DNA of 64,000 nucleotides from Candidatus Nanopelagicales bacterium. GTDB lineage: Bacteria > Actinomycetota > Actinomycetes > S36-B12. Position 1 is the first letter of the stretch, and each line of letters begins with the position of its first letter. Position numbers and translations under genes: made by a program. Shown here in pieces: positions 10,282 through 19,019 of this stretch. The stretch spans positions 269,082-333,081 of the forward strand of contig JBBARV010000001.1 of the NCBI GenBank assembly GCA_040399625.1. Reading direction: 5' to 3'. Under the pieces are notes generated by a model. The model made no database searches and had not been told where the DNA came from. It saw only the letters and a program-made list of their open reading frames with translations.

Positions 10282-10851
10282 ATGACACTTAGTCCACAGG
10301 TCAGCACATCGACAATGGCAAAGAGAAAGGCATTGGCCCTCGAGCTTCTATGGACCATTTTACGGACGATAGGCCTAGTCCTACTTATTTCGGTAATCCT
10401 TAGTCGCTCGCCTAAAGAGCAAAATCTCCAGTCGGTCGGTGTGATCTTCGGCATGGTTGTCTTGGCCTTGATCTACGTAGTTTTTTTCATGAGGTCAATC
10501 CGAGCAGTTCAGAAATCCCATTTTCCGGGTATTCGGGCGGGTGAAGCATTGGTGTCATCGGGTTTTTTACTGTTGGCGATTTTTGCCAGTATTTACTCGC
10601 TGATATCGCTGCAGGATCCGGAGGCATTTACGGAGGTTCTCACACCATTTAGCTCAATGTATTTTTCGCTGACCATTCTGGCTACAGTTGGTTTTGGCGA
10701 TATCGCGCCAACCACAGTTGCGGCTAGGTCCGTCGCCATGGCCCAAATGGTTCTGGATTTGGTCTTTATCGGGGTATTAGTTCGAACCTTGACCAATGCG
10801 GCGAAACGTTCAATTGCAAGCCGGTCTACTTCACACCAAAGTGCTGACTAG
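10282..10851 (+). CDS. Small potassium-channel family protein (Ion_trans_2-like pore)
   Basis: About 189 aa with several predicted TM helices and the K+ selectivity-filter signature TILATVGFGDIAP. The start was moved to ATG 10282 to avoid overlap with rlmN. Confidence 0.75.
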   Translation: MTLSPQVSTSTMAKRKALALELLWTILRTIGLVLLISVILSRSPKEQNLQSVGVIFGMVVLALIYVVFFMRSIRAVQKSHFPGIRAGEALVSSGFLLLAIFASIYSLISLQDPEAFTEVLTPFSSMYFSLTILATVGFGDIAPTTVAARSVAMAQMVLDLVFIGVLVRTLTNAAKRSIASRSTSHQSAD

Positions 10852-10903
10852 AGGTCCACTTCGAATCGCTCCAGATCATTCCAACTAATGGACCTGATTC
10901 ACG

Positions 10904-12070
10904 TTATTTGAATGCTGCGATACCTGTGAGTGCATGTCCAATCACGAGAGTGTGCATTTCATTTGTTCCTTCATAGGTGAAAACAGACTCCAGATTGTTC
11001 ATGTGACGAATAATGGGGTACTCCAGGGTGATCCCGTTTCCACCAAGGATGCTGCGGCACTCACGCGCAATCTTGAGTGCTTCACGCGCATTATTGAGTT
11101 TTCCCAGGGAAATTTGTTCGGGGGAGACCCCAACCGTGTCTTTCAGGTGTCCGAGGTGAAGGGCTAACAACATTCCTTTACCAAGTTCTAATGTCATGTC
11201 CGCTAGTTTTTTCTGGGTGAGTTGATAACCGGCGATAGGACGGTCAAATTGAATTCGGTTAATGGAGTAATCGAGCGTGGTTTCAAGGCAGTCGCGCGCC
11301 GCGCCTATCGCACCGAACGCAATCCCAAACCGGGCTTCATTAAGACAGCTCAGCGGCCCTCGTAGCCCTTTTACCCCAGGGAGCATTGAATCAGCTGATA
11401 GACGAAGGTCGGTGAAGACCAACTCGCTGGTGACCGAAGCGCGCAGGGACATCTTCTTGTGGATGATATTGGCTGTAAATCCGGGTGAATTTGTCGGGAC
11501 AATGAAACCACGAATTCCGTCGGTGGTCTGCGCCCACACCACGGCTATGTCGGCGACACTGCCATTGGTGATCCACATTTTGGAACCATTGAGAATCCAG
11601 TCTTCGCCATCTCGTTTGGCATTGGTCAGCATGCCTTGAGGGTTTGAACCAAAGTCAGCCTCGGTAAGTCCGAAGCAGCCGATAATTTCGCCCGTTGCCA
11701 TACTAGGGAGCCAAGCTTGCTTCTGTTCCTCCGTGCCAAATTCATGGATGGCAAACATCGCCAGTGAACCTTGGACGCTCACCATTGAGCGAATCCCAGA
11801 ATCTCCGGCCTCAAGTTCAAGGGCAGCAAGGCCATAGGCGGTTGCACTTGTTCCCGCGCACCCGTAGCCGTCCAGGTGCATTCCGAGAACTCCGAGCGAG
11901 CCGAAGTCTCTCATCAGTTCTCGGGCAGGAACTTCACCTTTTTCAAACCAATCGGCAACGTGGGGTTTGATATTGGCGTCAACATAATCTTTAACCACGG
12001 ATGCCATGGCTCGGTCTTCATCACTTGAAAGGTGGTTGAGGGAAAAAAGGTCTAGAGGTCCGGTGGGCAT
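10904..12070 (-). CDS. Acyl-CoA dehydrogenase, glutaryl-CoA dehydrogenase-like
   Basis: 388 aa. ACAD blocks GCFGLTEADFGSNP, WITNG and C-terminal YEGTNEMHTLVIG. Overall layout resembles the GcdH subgroup, judged by eye. Confidence 0.75.
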   Translation of the reverse strand: MPTGPLDLFSLNHLSSDEDRAMASVVKDYVDANIKPHVADWFEKGEVPARELMRDFGSLGVLGMHLDGYGCAGTSATAYGLAALELEAGDSGIRSMVSVQGSLAMFAIHEFGTEEQKQAWLPSMATGEIIGCFGLTEADFGSNPQGMLTNAKRDGEDWILNGSKMWITNGSVADIAVVWAQTTDGIRGFIVPTNSPGFTANIIHKKMSLRASVTSELVFTDLRLSADSMLPGVKGLRGPLSCLNEARFGIAFGAIGAARDCLETTLDYSINRIQFDRPIAGYQLTQKKLADMTLELGKGMLLALHLGHLKDTVGVSPEQISLGKLNNAREALKIARECRSILGGNGITLEYPIIRHMNNLESVFTYEGTNEMHTLVIGHALTGIAAFK

Positions 12071-12220
12071 CCGACTAGAATACCATGAATGACTGGGCGC
12101 TCAACGTGTCCAAGTGGTGGCGTCTACTGCCTCAGAGATCGCCGTTGCCGTGACTGCCCATGTGACGGGAGAAAGTCGAATTCATGTGGATTTCAGGCCT
12201 GAGAAAATTGCCAACCTCGG

Positions 12221-13585
12221 CTATTGGCCGAGCATTCGGTTCAGGTAGGCCGCGGTGCGTGAGCTTTTCCCCGTTTTTTCTTCAGATGAATCGGCGCGTT
12301 GCATGACCTGTAGCCCAAGATTGGTGCCAATCCACCGCAGTGGTTCGGGTTCCCATTTTCGCGATTGATGATTGACCCAAGGGAGTGAGGTGAGTTTGGA
12401 CTCGGTTCCTGTGATCAAGTGGGCCAAGGTTTTTCCACCTAGGTGTGCGGTTCCCACACCGTCGCCGACATATCCACTACTTGAACCCAACCCTGTTCTT
12501 GCATCAAAATTACAACTCGCCCACCAGTCCCTGGCAATGCCCAGTGGCCCACCCCACGCATTTGTGAACTCAATACCGGCAAGAACCGGGAACAATTCAA
12601 TTAACGTAGCCCTAAGGTCATCGTGAACTTTCGGATTGAGGTCCTGGACTGAGGAGATTTTTGAGTTGAAGTGATAGGGCGCGCCACGTCCTCCGAAGGC
12701 GATTCGGTCGTCAGCTGTGCGCTGTCCATAAATAATCAGATTGCGATAGTCCGAAAAAGTCTCGCGCTGGTTGAGACCAATTTCTTCCCAGATGCTCGGG
12801 GAGAGTTGCTGCGTTGCCACCATGAGTGAATAAACGGGTGCGATTGAACGCTTGTGACCGCGTAATGTTTTTGTGTAGCCTTCGGTTGCTCGGATTACAT
12901 TGGGCGCACGTACCGTGCCGCCTGTGGTTAGCACCACGCCTGGGTCGATCTGTAGAGCCTGAGTACCCTCAAAAATGCTGACTCCGCGTGAATGTAGGTA
13001 GCTGCTGAGTTCGCGCACCAACTTATAGGGATCTATTGCTGCACAATGGGGAGTGAAAGTACCTCCGACGACATCGGTTGCGTTGATTCGCTCTCGGGTT
13101 TGTTCGGCCGTGAGGTAGGTCAAATCTTGTGGGAAGCCCCAGTCAGCAAATTCTTTGACATCTGCGAGCGCCCGCTCGTTCTGAAGGGGACTGCGAGCAG
13201 CCACCACCGTTCCACCGTGTGCCCAATCGACATCCCAATTATGCGAATGTGCCACCTGGCCAATGTCACTGATGTTGGTGACCATTACCTGATGCATGCG
13301 CTTTGCATCTTCGCGTGAACTCGCTCGTGCAAGGGCTGCGAAGTGGGCGGGGAACAGTGCGGAAACCCACCCACCGTTTCGACCACTCGCGCCAAATCCA
13401 ACAAACTCAGATTCGATTATCGCAATTTTCATAGTCGGATCAAGTTTGTTGGCGTAGTAGGCGGTCCAAAGCCCCGTGAACCCGCCGCCAACGATCGCAA
13501 GATCAACGGTGAGGTCCCGATCAAGGGTTCCATTGAAAACCGGTCGAGACGTTGTTATTTGGGAATACCAAAGACTCGTGTTCAT
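12221..13585 (-). CDS. FAD-dependent oxidoreductase (DAO family, PuuB/PauB-like)
   Basis: N-terminal dinucleotide-binding motif VDLAIVGGGFTGLWTA and GASGRNGG. Paralogous by eye to 30900-32312, including the shared C-terminal ...EPEPLRW... region. Confidence 0.75.
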   Translation of the reverse strand: MNTSLWYSQITTSRPVFNGTLDRDLTVDLAIVGGGFTGLWTAYYANKLDPTMKIAIIESEFVGFGASGRNGGWVSALFPAHFAALARASSREDAKRMHQVMVTNISDIGQVAHSHNWDVDWAHGGTVVAARSPLQNERALADVKEFADWGFPQDLTYLTAEQTRERINATDVVGGTFTPHCAAIDPYKLVRELSSYLHSRGVSIFEGTQALQIDPGVVLTTGGTVRAPNVIRATEGYTKTLRGHKRSIAPVYSLMVATQQLSPSIWEEIGLNQRETFSDYRNLIIYGQRTADDRIAFGGRGAPYHFNSKISSVQDLNPKVHDDLRATLIELFPVLAGIEFTNAWGGPLGIARDWWASCNFDARTGLGSSSGYVGDGVGTAHLGGKTLAHLITGTESKLTSLPWVNHQSRKWEPEPLRWIGTNLGLQVMQRADSSEEKTGKSSRTAAYLNRMLGQ

Positions 13586-13589
13586 GACT

Positions 13590-14249
13590 TTAACGGCTCC
13601 AATTGGTCACGTAACCGGGTACCGGGGTCCCCTTAGGGACGAACTGGTCTGGGATGGGATCACCGAGTTGTTCATAGATCGGAATGTGTCCGGCCCAAAG
13701 TGTTTTTCCGGCCGCGCTTTCTAAGTCCTCATCCACGTCACCAGGTGGGCCTTCGCTGATTTTGATTGAATATTCGGTGAGGGGGAGTGACAGGGTCATG
13801 GTGGCCTTGAGTTCCTTGGGCGAGGGTTGTCGTGCATGGTTCCAACGCCCCGGCATCAAGTGATCGGTGATTACCTTTAACGCATCCAATTCAGCTGAAC
13901 CACTAATTCGGGTTGCCGTTCCAAAAATCATGGCGCACCGATAGTTCATGCTTGATTCAAAAAGGCTGCGTGCGAGAACAAGACCGTCGAGGATGGTCAC
14001 CGTGACACATGCGGCCGAGCCAGAATCTAACAGTTTGAAGATCCGGGAAGCGGTTGAACCGTGAATGAGTATTGAGTCTTGATCACGGGCGTAACCCACG
14101 GGAATAACTATGGGCTGCCCGTGATCAACGACTCCGACATGCGCAACCAGGCCAGCATCAAGGACCGCGTGCAATGTCGCAATGTCCGTCCGTGCTTTTT
14201 CAGGTAAGCGCTTGACAGTTGTCTTCGAACTCTTGACGGCTTTGGTCAC
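13590..14249 (-). CDS. Pyridoxamine 5'-phosphate oxidase family (split beta-barrel flavoprotein) protein
   Basis: 219 aa. ...LHAVLDAGLVAHVGVV.DGQPIVIPVGYARDQDSILIHGS...R is typical of the Pyridox_ox_2 / general-stress split-barrel family, recognised by pattern only. 4 nt after the upstream gene. Confidence 0.55.
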   Translation of the reverse strand: MTKAVKSSKTTVKRLPEKARTDIATLHAVLDAGLVAHVGVVDHGQPIVIPVGYARDQDSILIHGSTASRIFKLLDSGSAACVTVTILDGLVLARSLFESSMNYRCAMIFGTATRISGSAELDALKVITDHLMPGRWNHARQPSPKELKATMTLSLPLTEYSIKISEGPPGDVDEDLESAAGKTLWAGHIPIYEQLGDPIPDQFVPKGTPVPGYVTNWSR

Positions 14250-14258
14250 GCTTAATCC

Positions 14259-15659
14259 CTATAAAACTTCGAGGGCTTGGGTCAAAACGTTTCGCAAAAT
14301 CCCCTCGATTTCGTCGAACTCTTTCTGTCCGATCGTGAGTGGGGGTGCGAGTTGGATTACGGGGTCGCCGCGATCGTCGGCGCGGCAGTACAGGCCGTTG
14401 GCAAACAGTGCCTTGGACAGGAAGCCGCGCAAGAGTCGCTCGCACTCATCGTCATTAAATGTTTCGCGGGTTTTCTTGTCTTTGACGAGTTCAATTCCAT
14501 AGAAGTAGCCAGCCCCGCGAACGTCTCCGACAATGGGAATGTCACTCAGTTTCTCGAGTGTGCGACGGAAATTCCCTTCATTTTCGAGCACATTTTGATT
14601 GAGGCCCTCACGTTCAAAAATGTCGAGGTTTTCCATGGCGACCGCTGCCGAAACAGGATGACCACCCCACGTGTATCCGTGCAGGAAGGAGGTTGTTCCG
14701 TGCTTGAACGGCTCAAATAGTCGATCACTGGCGATCATTGCCCCCAGTGGGGAGTAACCAGAAGTCATTCCTTTGGCGCACGTAATGATGTCGGGGGTGA
14801 CACCAAATCGGTTCATCGCAAAATAGTCACCGATACGACCGAAGGCGGTAATGGTTTCGTCGGCCACCATGAGTACGTCGTATTCATCGCAGATCTCGCG
14901 AACGCGTTCGAGGTAACCGGGGGGAGGCGGGAAGCACCCGCCCGAGTTTTGAACCGGCTCAATGAATACTGCGGCAACACTGTCTGCGCCTTCAAACTCA
15001 ATTGCTTCAGCAATCCGGTTGGCTGCCCAAAGACCGAAAGCTTTTTCATCTCCGCGATATTCTTCAGGCGCACGATAAAAGTTGGTGTTCGGGACTTTCA
15101 CACCGCCAGGCACAAGTGGCTCAAATGGAATCTTGGCGTCGGGAATGCCGGTAATACTGAGTGCTCCTTGTGGAGTGCCGTGATAAGCAATCGCTCGGCT
15201 AATCACTTTGGTTTTCGTTGGCTTACCCGTCAATTTGAAATATTGTTTTGCCAGTTTCCATGCGCTCTCGACTGCTTCGCCCCCGCCCGAAGTAAAGAAC
15301 ACGCGGTTCAAATCACCGGGTGCCAAATGAGCCAGTCGCTCGGCGAGCAAAATTGCATTCGGGTGTGCATAGGACCAAATGGGAAAAAAGGCTAACTCTT
15401 CTGCCTGTTTAGCTGCTGCCTGGGCAAGCTCTCTGCGCCCATGACCCGCTTGGACCACAAAGAGTCCGGAGAGTCCATCAAAATACTTATTGCCTTGGTT
15501 ATCCCAGATGTATGCGCCTTGGCCTTTCGTAATGACCGGGACGTGGCCACCGTCGTAATAGGTGGAGTGCCGGGTGAAATGCATCCAGAGGTGATCGCGG
15601 GCTTTGTCTGCGAGTTGATTTGATCCTGTTTCGGTAACGAATTGCGGTGTGGTTGTCAT
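14259..15659 (-). CDS. Class-III (omega) aminotransferase, SpuC / beta-alanine-pyruvate transaminase-like
   Basis: PLP fold-type I class III blocks: GLFVVQAGHGR, FTSGGGEAVESAWK, AYHG, EPVQNSGG, MVADETITAFGRIG, TCAKGMTSGY. ATG at 15659 gives an ATGA overlap with the lrp stop. The tracked ORF starts at 15671. Confidence 0.85.
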   Translation of the reverse strand: MTTTPQFVTETGSNQLADKARDHLWMHFTRHSTYYDGGHVPVITKGQGAYIWDNQGNKYFDGLSGLFVVQAGHGRRELAQAAAKQAEELAFFPIWSYAHPNAILLAERLAHLAPGDLNRVFFTSGGGEAVESAWKLAKQYFKLTGKPTKTKVISRAIAYHGTPQGALSITGIPDAKIPFEPLVPGGVKVPNTNFYRAPEEYRGDEKAFGLWAANRIAEAIEFEGADSVAAVFIEPVQNSGGCFPPPPGYLERVREICDEYDVLMVADETITAFGRIGDYFAMNRFGVTPDIITCAKGMTSGYSPLGAMIASDRLFEPFKHGTTSFLHGYTWGGHPVSAAVAMENLDIFEREGLNQNVLENEGNFRRTLEKLSDIPIVGDVRGAGYFYGIELVKDKKTRETFNDDECERLLRGFLSKALFANGLYCRADDRGDPVIQLAPPLTIGQKEFDEIEGILRNVLTQALEVL

Positions 15660-16117
15660 TTGATTCCCCAACTATAGGTTTGTTTGCGAAGTCCGAGATA
15701 AACGAATGTTTCGGTTGAAACAACCCCGGGAATGGTTCGGATCTGCGAATTAGTAACTTTGAGAAGATGATCCTCGTCTTCGGCGACACATTCAGCCAAA
15801 AGGTCATACTTCCCGGTGACTATTACCAGATAGAAAATCTCCGGAAGTTGTTCAATCTGTTTGGATACCGCCTCCACATCACCATGAATTTTAATTGCGA
15901 TCATTGCCGAACGAAGATAACCAACCTGAGCCGGGTCGGTGACCGCAACGATTTGCATGACACCTTGATCATGCAATTTTTGGACCCGCTGGCGGACCGC
16001 GGCTTCGGATAACCCGACCGCTTTCCCGATCGTTGCGTAAGGTCTACGTCCATCTTGTTGAAGTTGCTCAATAATTGCTCGTGACGCTTCATCAAGGGGA
16101 GCAGATTTTCGAGCCAT
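15656..16117 (-). CDS. Lrp/AsnC family transcriptional regulator
   Basis: MARKSAPLDEASRAIIEQLQQDGRRPYATIGKAVGLSEAAVRQRVQKL (HTH) followed by an RAM/ACT-like domain. The start was moved to ATG 16117. The tracked ORF (to 16372) has a non-homologous 85-aa extension. Confidence 0.85.
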   Translation of the reverse strand: MARKSAPLDEASRAIIEQLQQDGRRPYATIGKAVGLSEAAVRQRVQKLHDQGVMQIVAVTDPAQVGYLRSAMIAIKIHGDVEAVSKQIEQLPEIFYLVIVTGKYDLLAECVAEDEDHLLKVTNSQIRTIPGVVSTETFVYLGLRKQTYSWGIK

Positions 16118-16268
16118 GGCCCTACTTTGACCCTTTTTTGTCGAAAAATCAAGTCTTTCCGTGTTAATTTGCCACTTGAGCAACGAAAACCGCATATTAA
16201 TATCCAAAAATATAGTGAAAACGGGCATTTTAGGATACGGTGGATCTAGTCGCTTATGGGAGGAAAAA

Positions 16269-17711
16269 ATGACACAGGTATTAAGAAACTTCGTGGGTGG
16301 GGAATTTGTTGACACGCAAAAAGGAGCCGTTAGCGAATTGGTTAACCCGTCAACGGGTGAAGTGTTTGCCACTGCACCAATTTCCGATGCCGCTGATATT
16401 GATCGTGCCTATAACGTAGCCGCGACCGCTTTTGAGTCGTGGAAGAATTCGACGCCATCACAGCGCCAACAAGCTTTGTTGACAATTGCTCAAACTTTCG
16501 AGGATCACGCCGAGGAACTGGTTGCTGTTGAAAGTGAAAATACCGGGAAACCAATTCCGGTAACCATGGTCGAAGAAATTCCACCAATGATTGACCAGAT
16601 TAAATTTTTCGCCGGTGCGGCTCGAATTCTGGAAGGTAAGGCGGCCGGAGAATATTCGGCAGGTTTCACCTCGATGGTCCGCCGGGAGCCCATTGGTGTG
16701 ATCGGCCAAGTTACTCCGTGGAATTACCCCATGATGATGGCTGCCTGGAAATTCTTCCCCGCCATTGCTGCGGGAAATACGGTTGTGCTCAAGCCGAGTG
16801 ACACCACGCCTGCATCCACATTGAAAATGGCAGAGCTCATTGCTTCATCGGGAGCACTCCCTGACGGTGTATTTAATGTGGTGTGCGGCGACCGCAATAC
16901 GGGTAAGGAACTGGTTGAGCACAAGACCCCCCAGATGGTATCCATTACGGGGTCGGTTCGAGCGGGGATGCAGGTCGCGGCTTCGGCCGCGATGGATGTC
17001 AAACGAGTCCATTTAGAACTTGGCGGCAAGGCTCCGGTAGTAGTTTTTGACGACGCTGATATTGAAGCCGCCACAGAGTGGTTGGCCGTTGCGGGGTTCT
17101 TCAACGCTGGACAGGACTGTACGGCGGCGACTCGAATGCTGGTTGCCCCGCGGATATATGACGATTTCGTTGCAGCAATGGGTGAAGCAGCTGCTGCGCT
17201 GTCAACCACGTTTGAGGACGGTCCCACGGGCGAGGGACTCGTTCCTCCGGTAAACAACGCTGGACACATGGAACGGGTGTTGGGCTTTATTGAACGTTCG
17301 CCGAAGCACGCCAAAGTGGTTACGGGTGGGTCTCGCCAGGGTGATCGTGGTTTCTATATCCCACCAACGGTTATTGCAGGGCTTCAACAAGATGACGAGA
17401 TGATTCAAAATGAAATATTTGGTCCCGTGGTCACCATTCAGAAATTTACTGATGAAGCGCAGGCATTAGCTTATGCAAATGGGGTGAACTACGGTCTTGC
17501 ATCATCGGTTTGGACAAAAGACTTTGGTCGCGCCATGCGAATGGCTAAGGGACTTGATTTTGGTTGCGTGTGGATTAATACCCACATCCCACTCGTGGCT
17601 GAGATGCCACATGGTGGCTTCAAGCACTCGGGGTACGGAAAAGATCTGTCAATGTATGGATTCGAGGACTACACCCGGATCAAGCACGTTATGGCGAGTT
17701 TGGAAAGTTAA
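16269..17711 (+). CDS. NAD-dependent aminoaldehyde dehydrogenase, gamma-aminobutyraldehyde dehydrogenase (PatD/YdcW)-like
   Basis: Long blocks recalled from E. coli YdcW: FFAGAAR..EGKAAGEY, PWNYPMMMAAWK, VVLKPS, ELGGKAPVVVFDDADIEAA, NAGQDCTAA, YGLASSVWTKD, EMPHGGFKHSGYGKDLSMYG. ATG at 16269 follows GGGAGGA. Divergent from lrp. Confidence 0.8.
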   Translation: MTQVLRNFVGGEFVDTQKGAVSELVNPSTGEVFATAPISDAADIDRAYNVAATAFESWKNSTPSQRQQALLTIAQTFEDHAEELVAVESENTGKPIPVTMVEEIPPMIDQIKFFAGAARILEGKAAGEYSAGFTSMVRREPIGVIGQVTPWNYPMMMAAWKFFPAIAAGNTVVLKPSDTTPASTLKMAELIASSGALPDGVFNVVCGDRNTGKELVEHKTPQMVSITGSVRAGMQVAASAAMDVKRVHLELGGKAPVVVFDDADIEAATEWLAVAGFFNAGQDCTAATRMLVAPRIYDDFVAAMGEAAAALSTTFEDGPTGEGLVPPVNNAGHMERVLGFIERSPKHAKVVTGGSRQGDRGFYIPPTVIAGLQQDDEMIQNEIFGPVVTIQKFTDEAQALAYANGVNYGLASSVWTKDFGRAMRMAKGLDFGCVWINTHIPLVAEMPHGGFKHSGYGKDLSMYGFEDYTRIKHVMASLES

Positions 17712-17735
17712 AGATTCCGCATATGGCTGTTGTGC

Positions 17736-17784
17736 ATATGAGTGTGGGGCAGGAGCAAATTTCGCTCCTGCCCCACACTCATAT
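17736..17784. terminator. Bidirectional intrinsic-terminator-like hairpin between convergent genes
   Basis: Perfect 21-bp stem ATATGAGTGTGGGGCAGGAGC (17736-17756) / GCTCCTGCCCCACACTCATAT (17764-17784) with a 7-nt loop. It lies between the aldehyde dehydrogenase stop (17711) and the SBP stop (17794). Confidence 0.7.
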
Positions 17785-17793
17785 TTCTAACTG

Positions 17794-18984
17794 TTAGTTG
17801 CCACCCTCGTTGAGGGTTACTTCGATCGGAGCATATGCGTCTCCGGTCGTGTTCAAACCTTCAGCGGTGAGTGCTGCATTTGCAGCTTCCGCGTACTGGT
17901 TCGTGTAAGCCTCTGCTGGTGGCTCGGCGGTGATAATTGTTGCCCCTTCAAGGTTCTTCGTGTTCAGGGAAACACTCACTGTCTGTGCCCACAGTTCTGG
18001 CTCGATAACTCCGACACCCATGGCTGATGGCCAGATCAACTTGTTGACCTCGTTCATCATCCAGAGTTGGTGGCTGGCGCCAAGCTTGGAACCATTTGCC
18101 GTGATGATGTCAGCGCACTCTTGTGCGTTGTCGCGGCACTGGATCCAGCCCTTGAGTGATGCGGTAACGAAACGCTGTGTGAGGTCTTGGTAGGCCGGAT
18201 CAGCGAGACGTTCTTCCGATGCCCAGATTGCATCTTGGTACATCGCGGTACCCTCTGTGTTCCAGTTGATGGCATTGAAGTCACTTGGCTGGTACAACTC
18301 ACCGGTATCAGGGTTAACTGATTCCAATACCTGTGCGTACTCGTTGTAGGTCATGGCCTGTGCTGCATCGATCTCACGATTGAGAAGTGCTTGCATGTCG
18401 AATTGCTGCTGTACCAATTCAACATCCTTGGCTGGATCAAGTCCGGCCGCGGTCATGCCAGCGAATAGTTCGTATTCGTTTCCAAATCCCCAGTTGCCAA
18501 CCTTCTTACCTTTTAGATCGGCGGCTGTGGTGATGTTGGAGTCTGCCCATGAAACCTGGAGTGTTCCGGAGGTGCGGAAAACCTGAGCAACGTCAACGAT
18601 TCCGGCACCCTGCTCGCGTGAGGCGAGAGCTTTTGGCACCCATGAGATGGCAAAGTCTGCGCCACCCTGCGCTAGGACTGTCTGAGGAACGATGTCGACG
18701 CCACCCTCAAGGATGGTTACGTCAAGGCACTGCTCTTCATAGTAGCCCTTGTCCTTGGCGGCGTAGTAGCCACCGAACTGAGCCTGAACGAACCACTGCA
18801 GTTGAAGGGTTACCGGAGTGAGTTCCGTGCATGCTGCAGCGGCTTCCTCTGTGGCTGTTTCCTCCGTGGTTGCTGCAGCTGATGTTTCAGTTGCAGTTTC
18901 TTCGCTACTGCTACATGCAGTGAGAAACAGGAGACCCGAAGCAGCAACTGCTGCAACGCGTATCCAACTTTTTCCTCTATTCAT
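17794..18984 (-). CDS. ABC transporter substrate-binding lipoprotein, NMT1/THI5/ThiY-like
   Basis: Signal peptide with lipobox LLFLTAC, a Thr/Glu/Ala-rich linker, then the NMT1-like core LQLQWFVQAQFGGYYAAKDKGYY. The start was moved to ATG 18984. Confidence 0.8.
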   Translation of the reverse strand: MNRGKSWIRVAAVAASGLLFLTACSSSEETATETSAAATTEETATEEAAAACTELTPVTLQLQWFVQAQFGGYYAAKDKGYYEEQCLDVTILEGGVDIVPQTVLAQGGADFAISWVPKALASREQGAGIVDVAQVFRTSGTLQVSWADSNITTAADLKGKKVGNWGFGNEYELFAGMTAAGLDPAKDVELVQQQFDMQALLNREIDAAQAMTYNEYAQVLESVNPDTGELYQPSDFNAINWNTEGTAMYQDAIWASEERLADPAYQDLTQRFVTASLKGWIQCRDNAQECADIITANGSKLGASHQLWMMNEVNKLIWPSAMGVGVIEPELWAQTVSVSLNTKNLEGATIITAEPPAEAYTNQYAEAANAALTAEGLNTTGDAYAPIEVTLNEGGN

Positions 18985-19019
18985 TTTCTCTCCCTTTTTT
19001 TGGTTAACCGATGTGTCAT

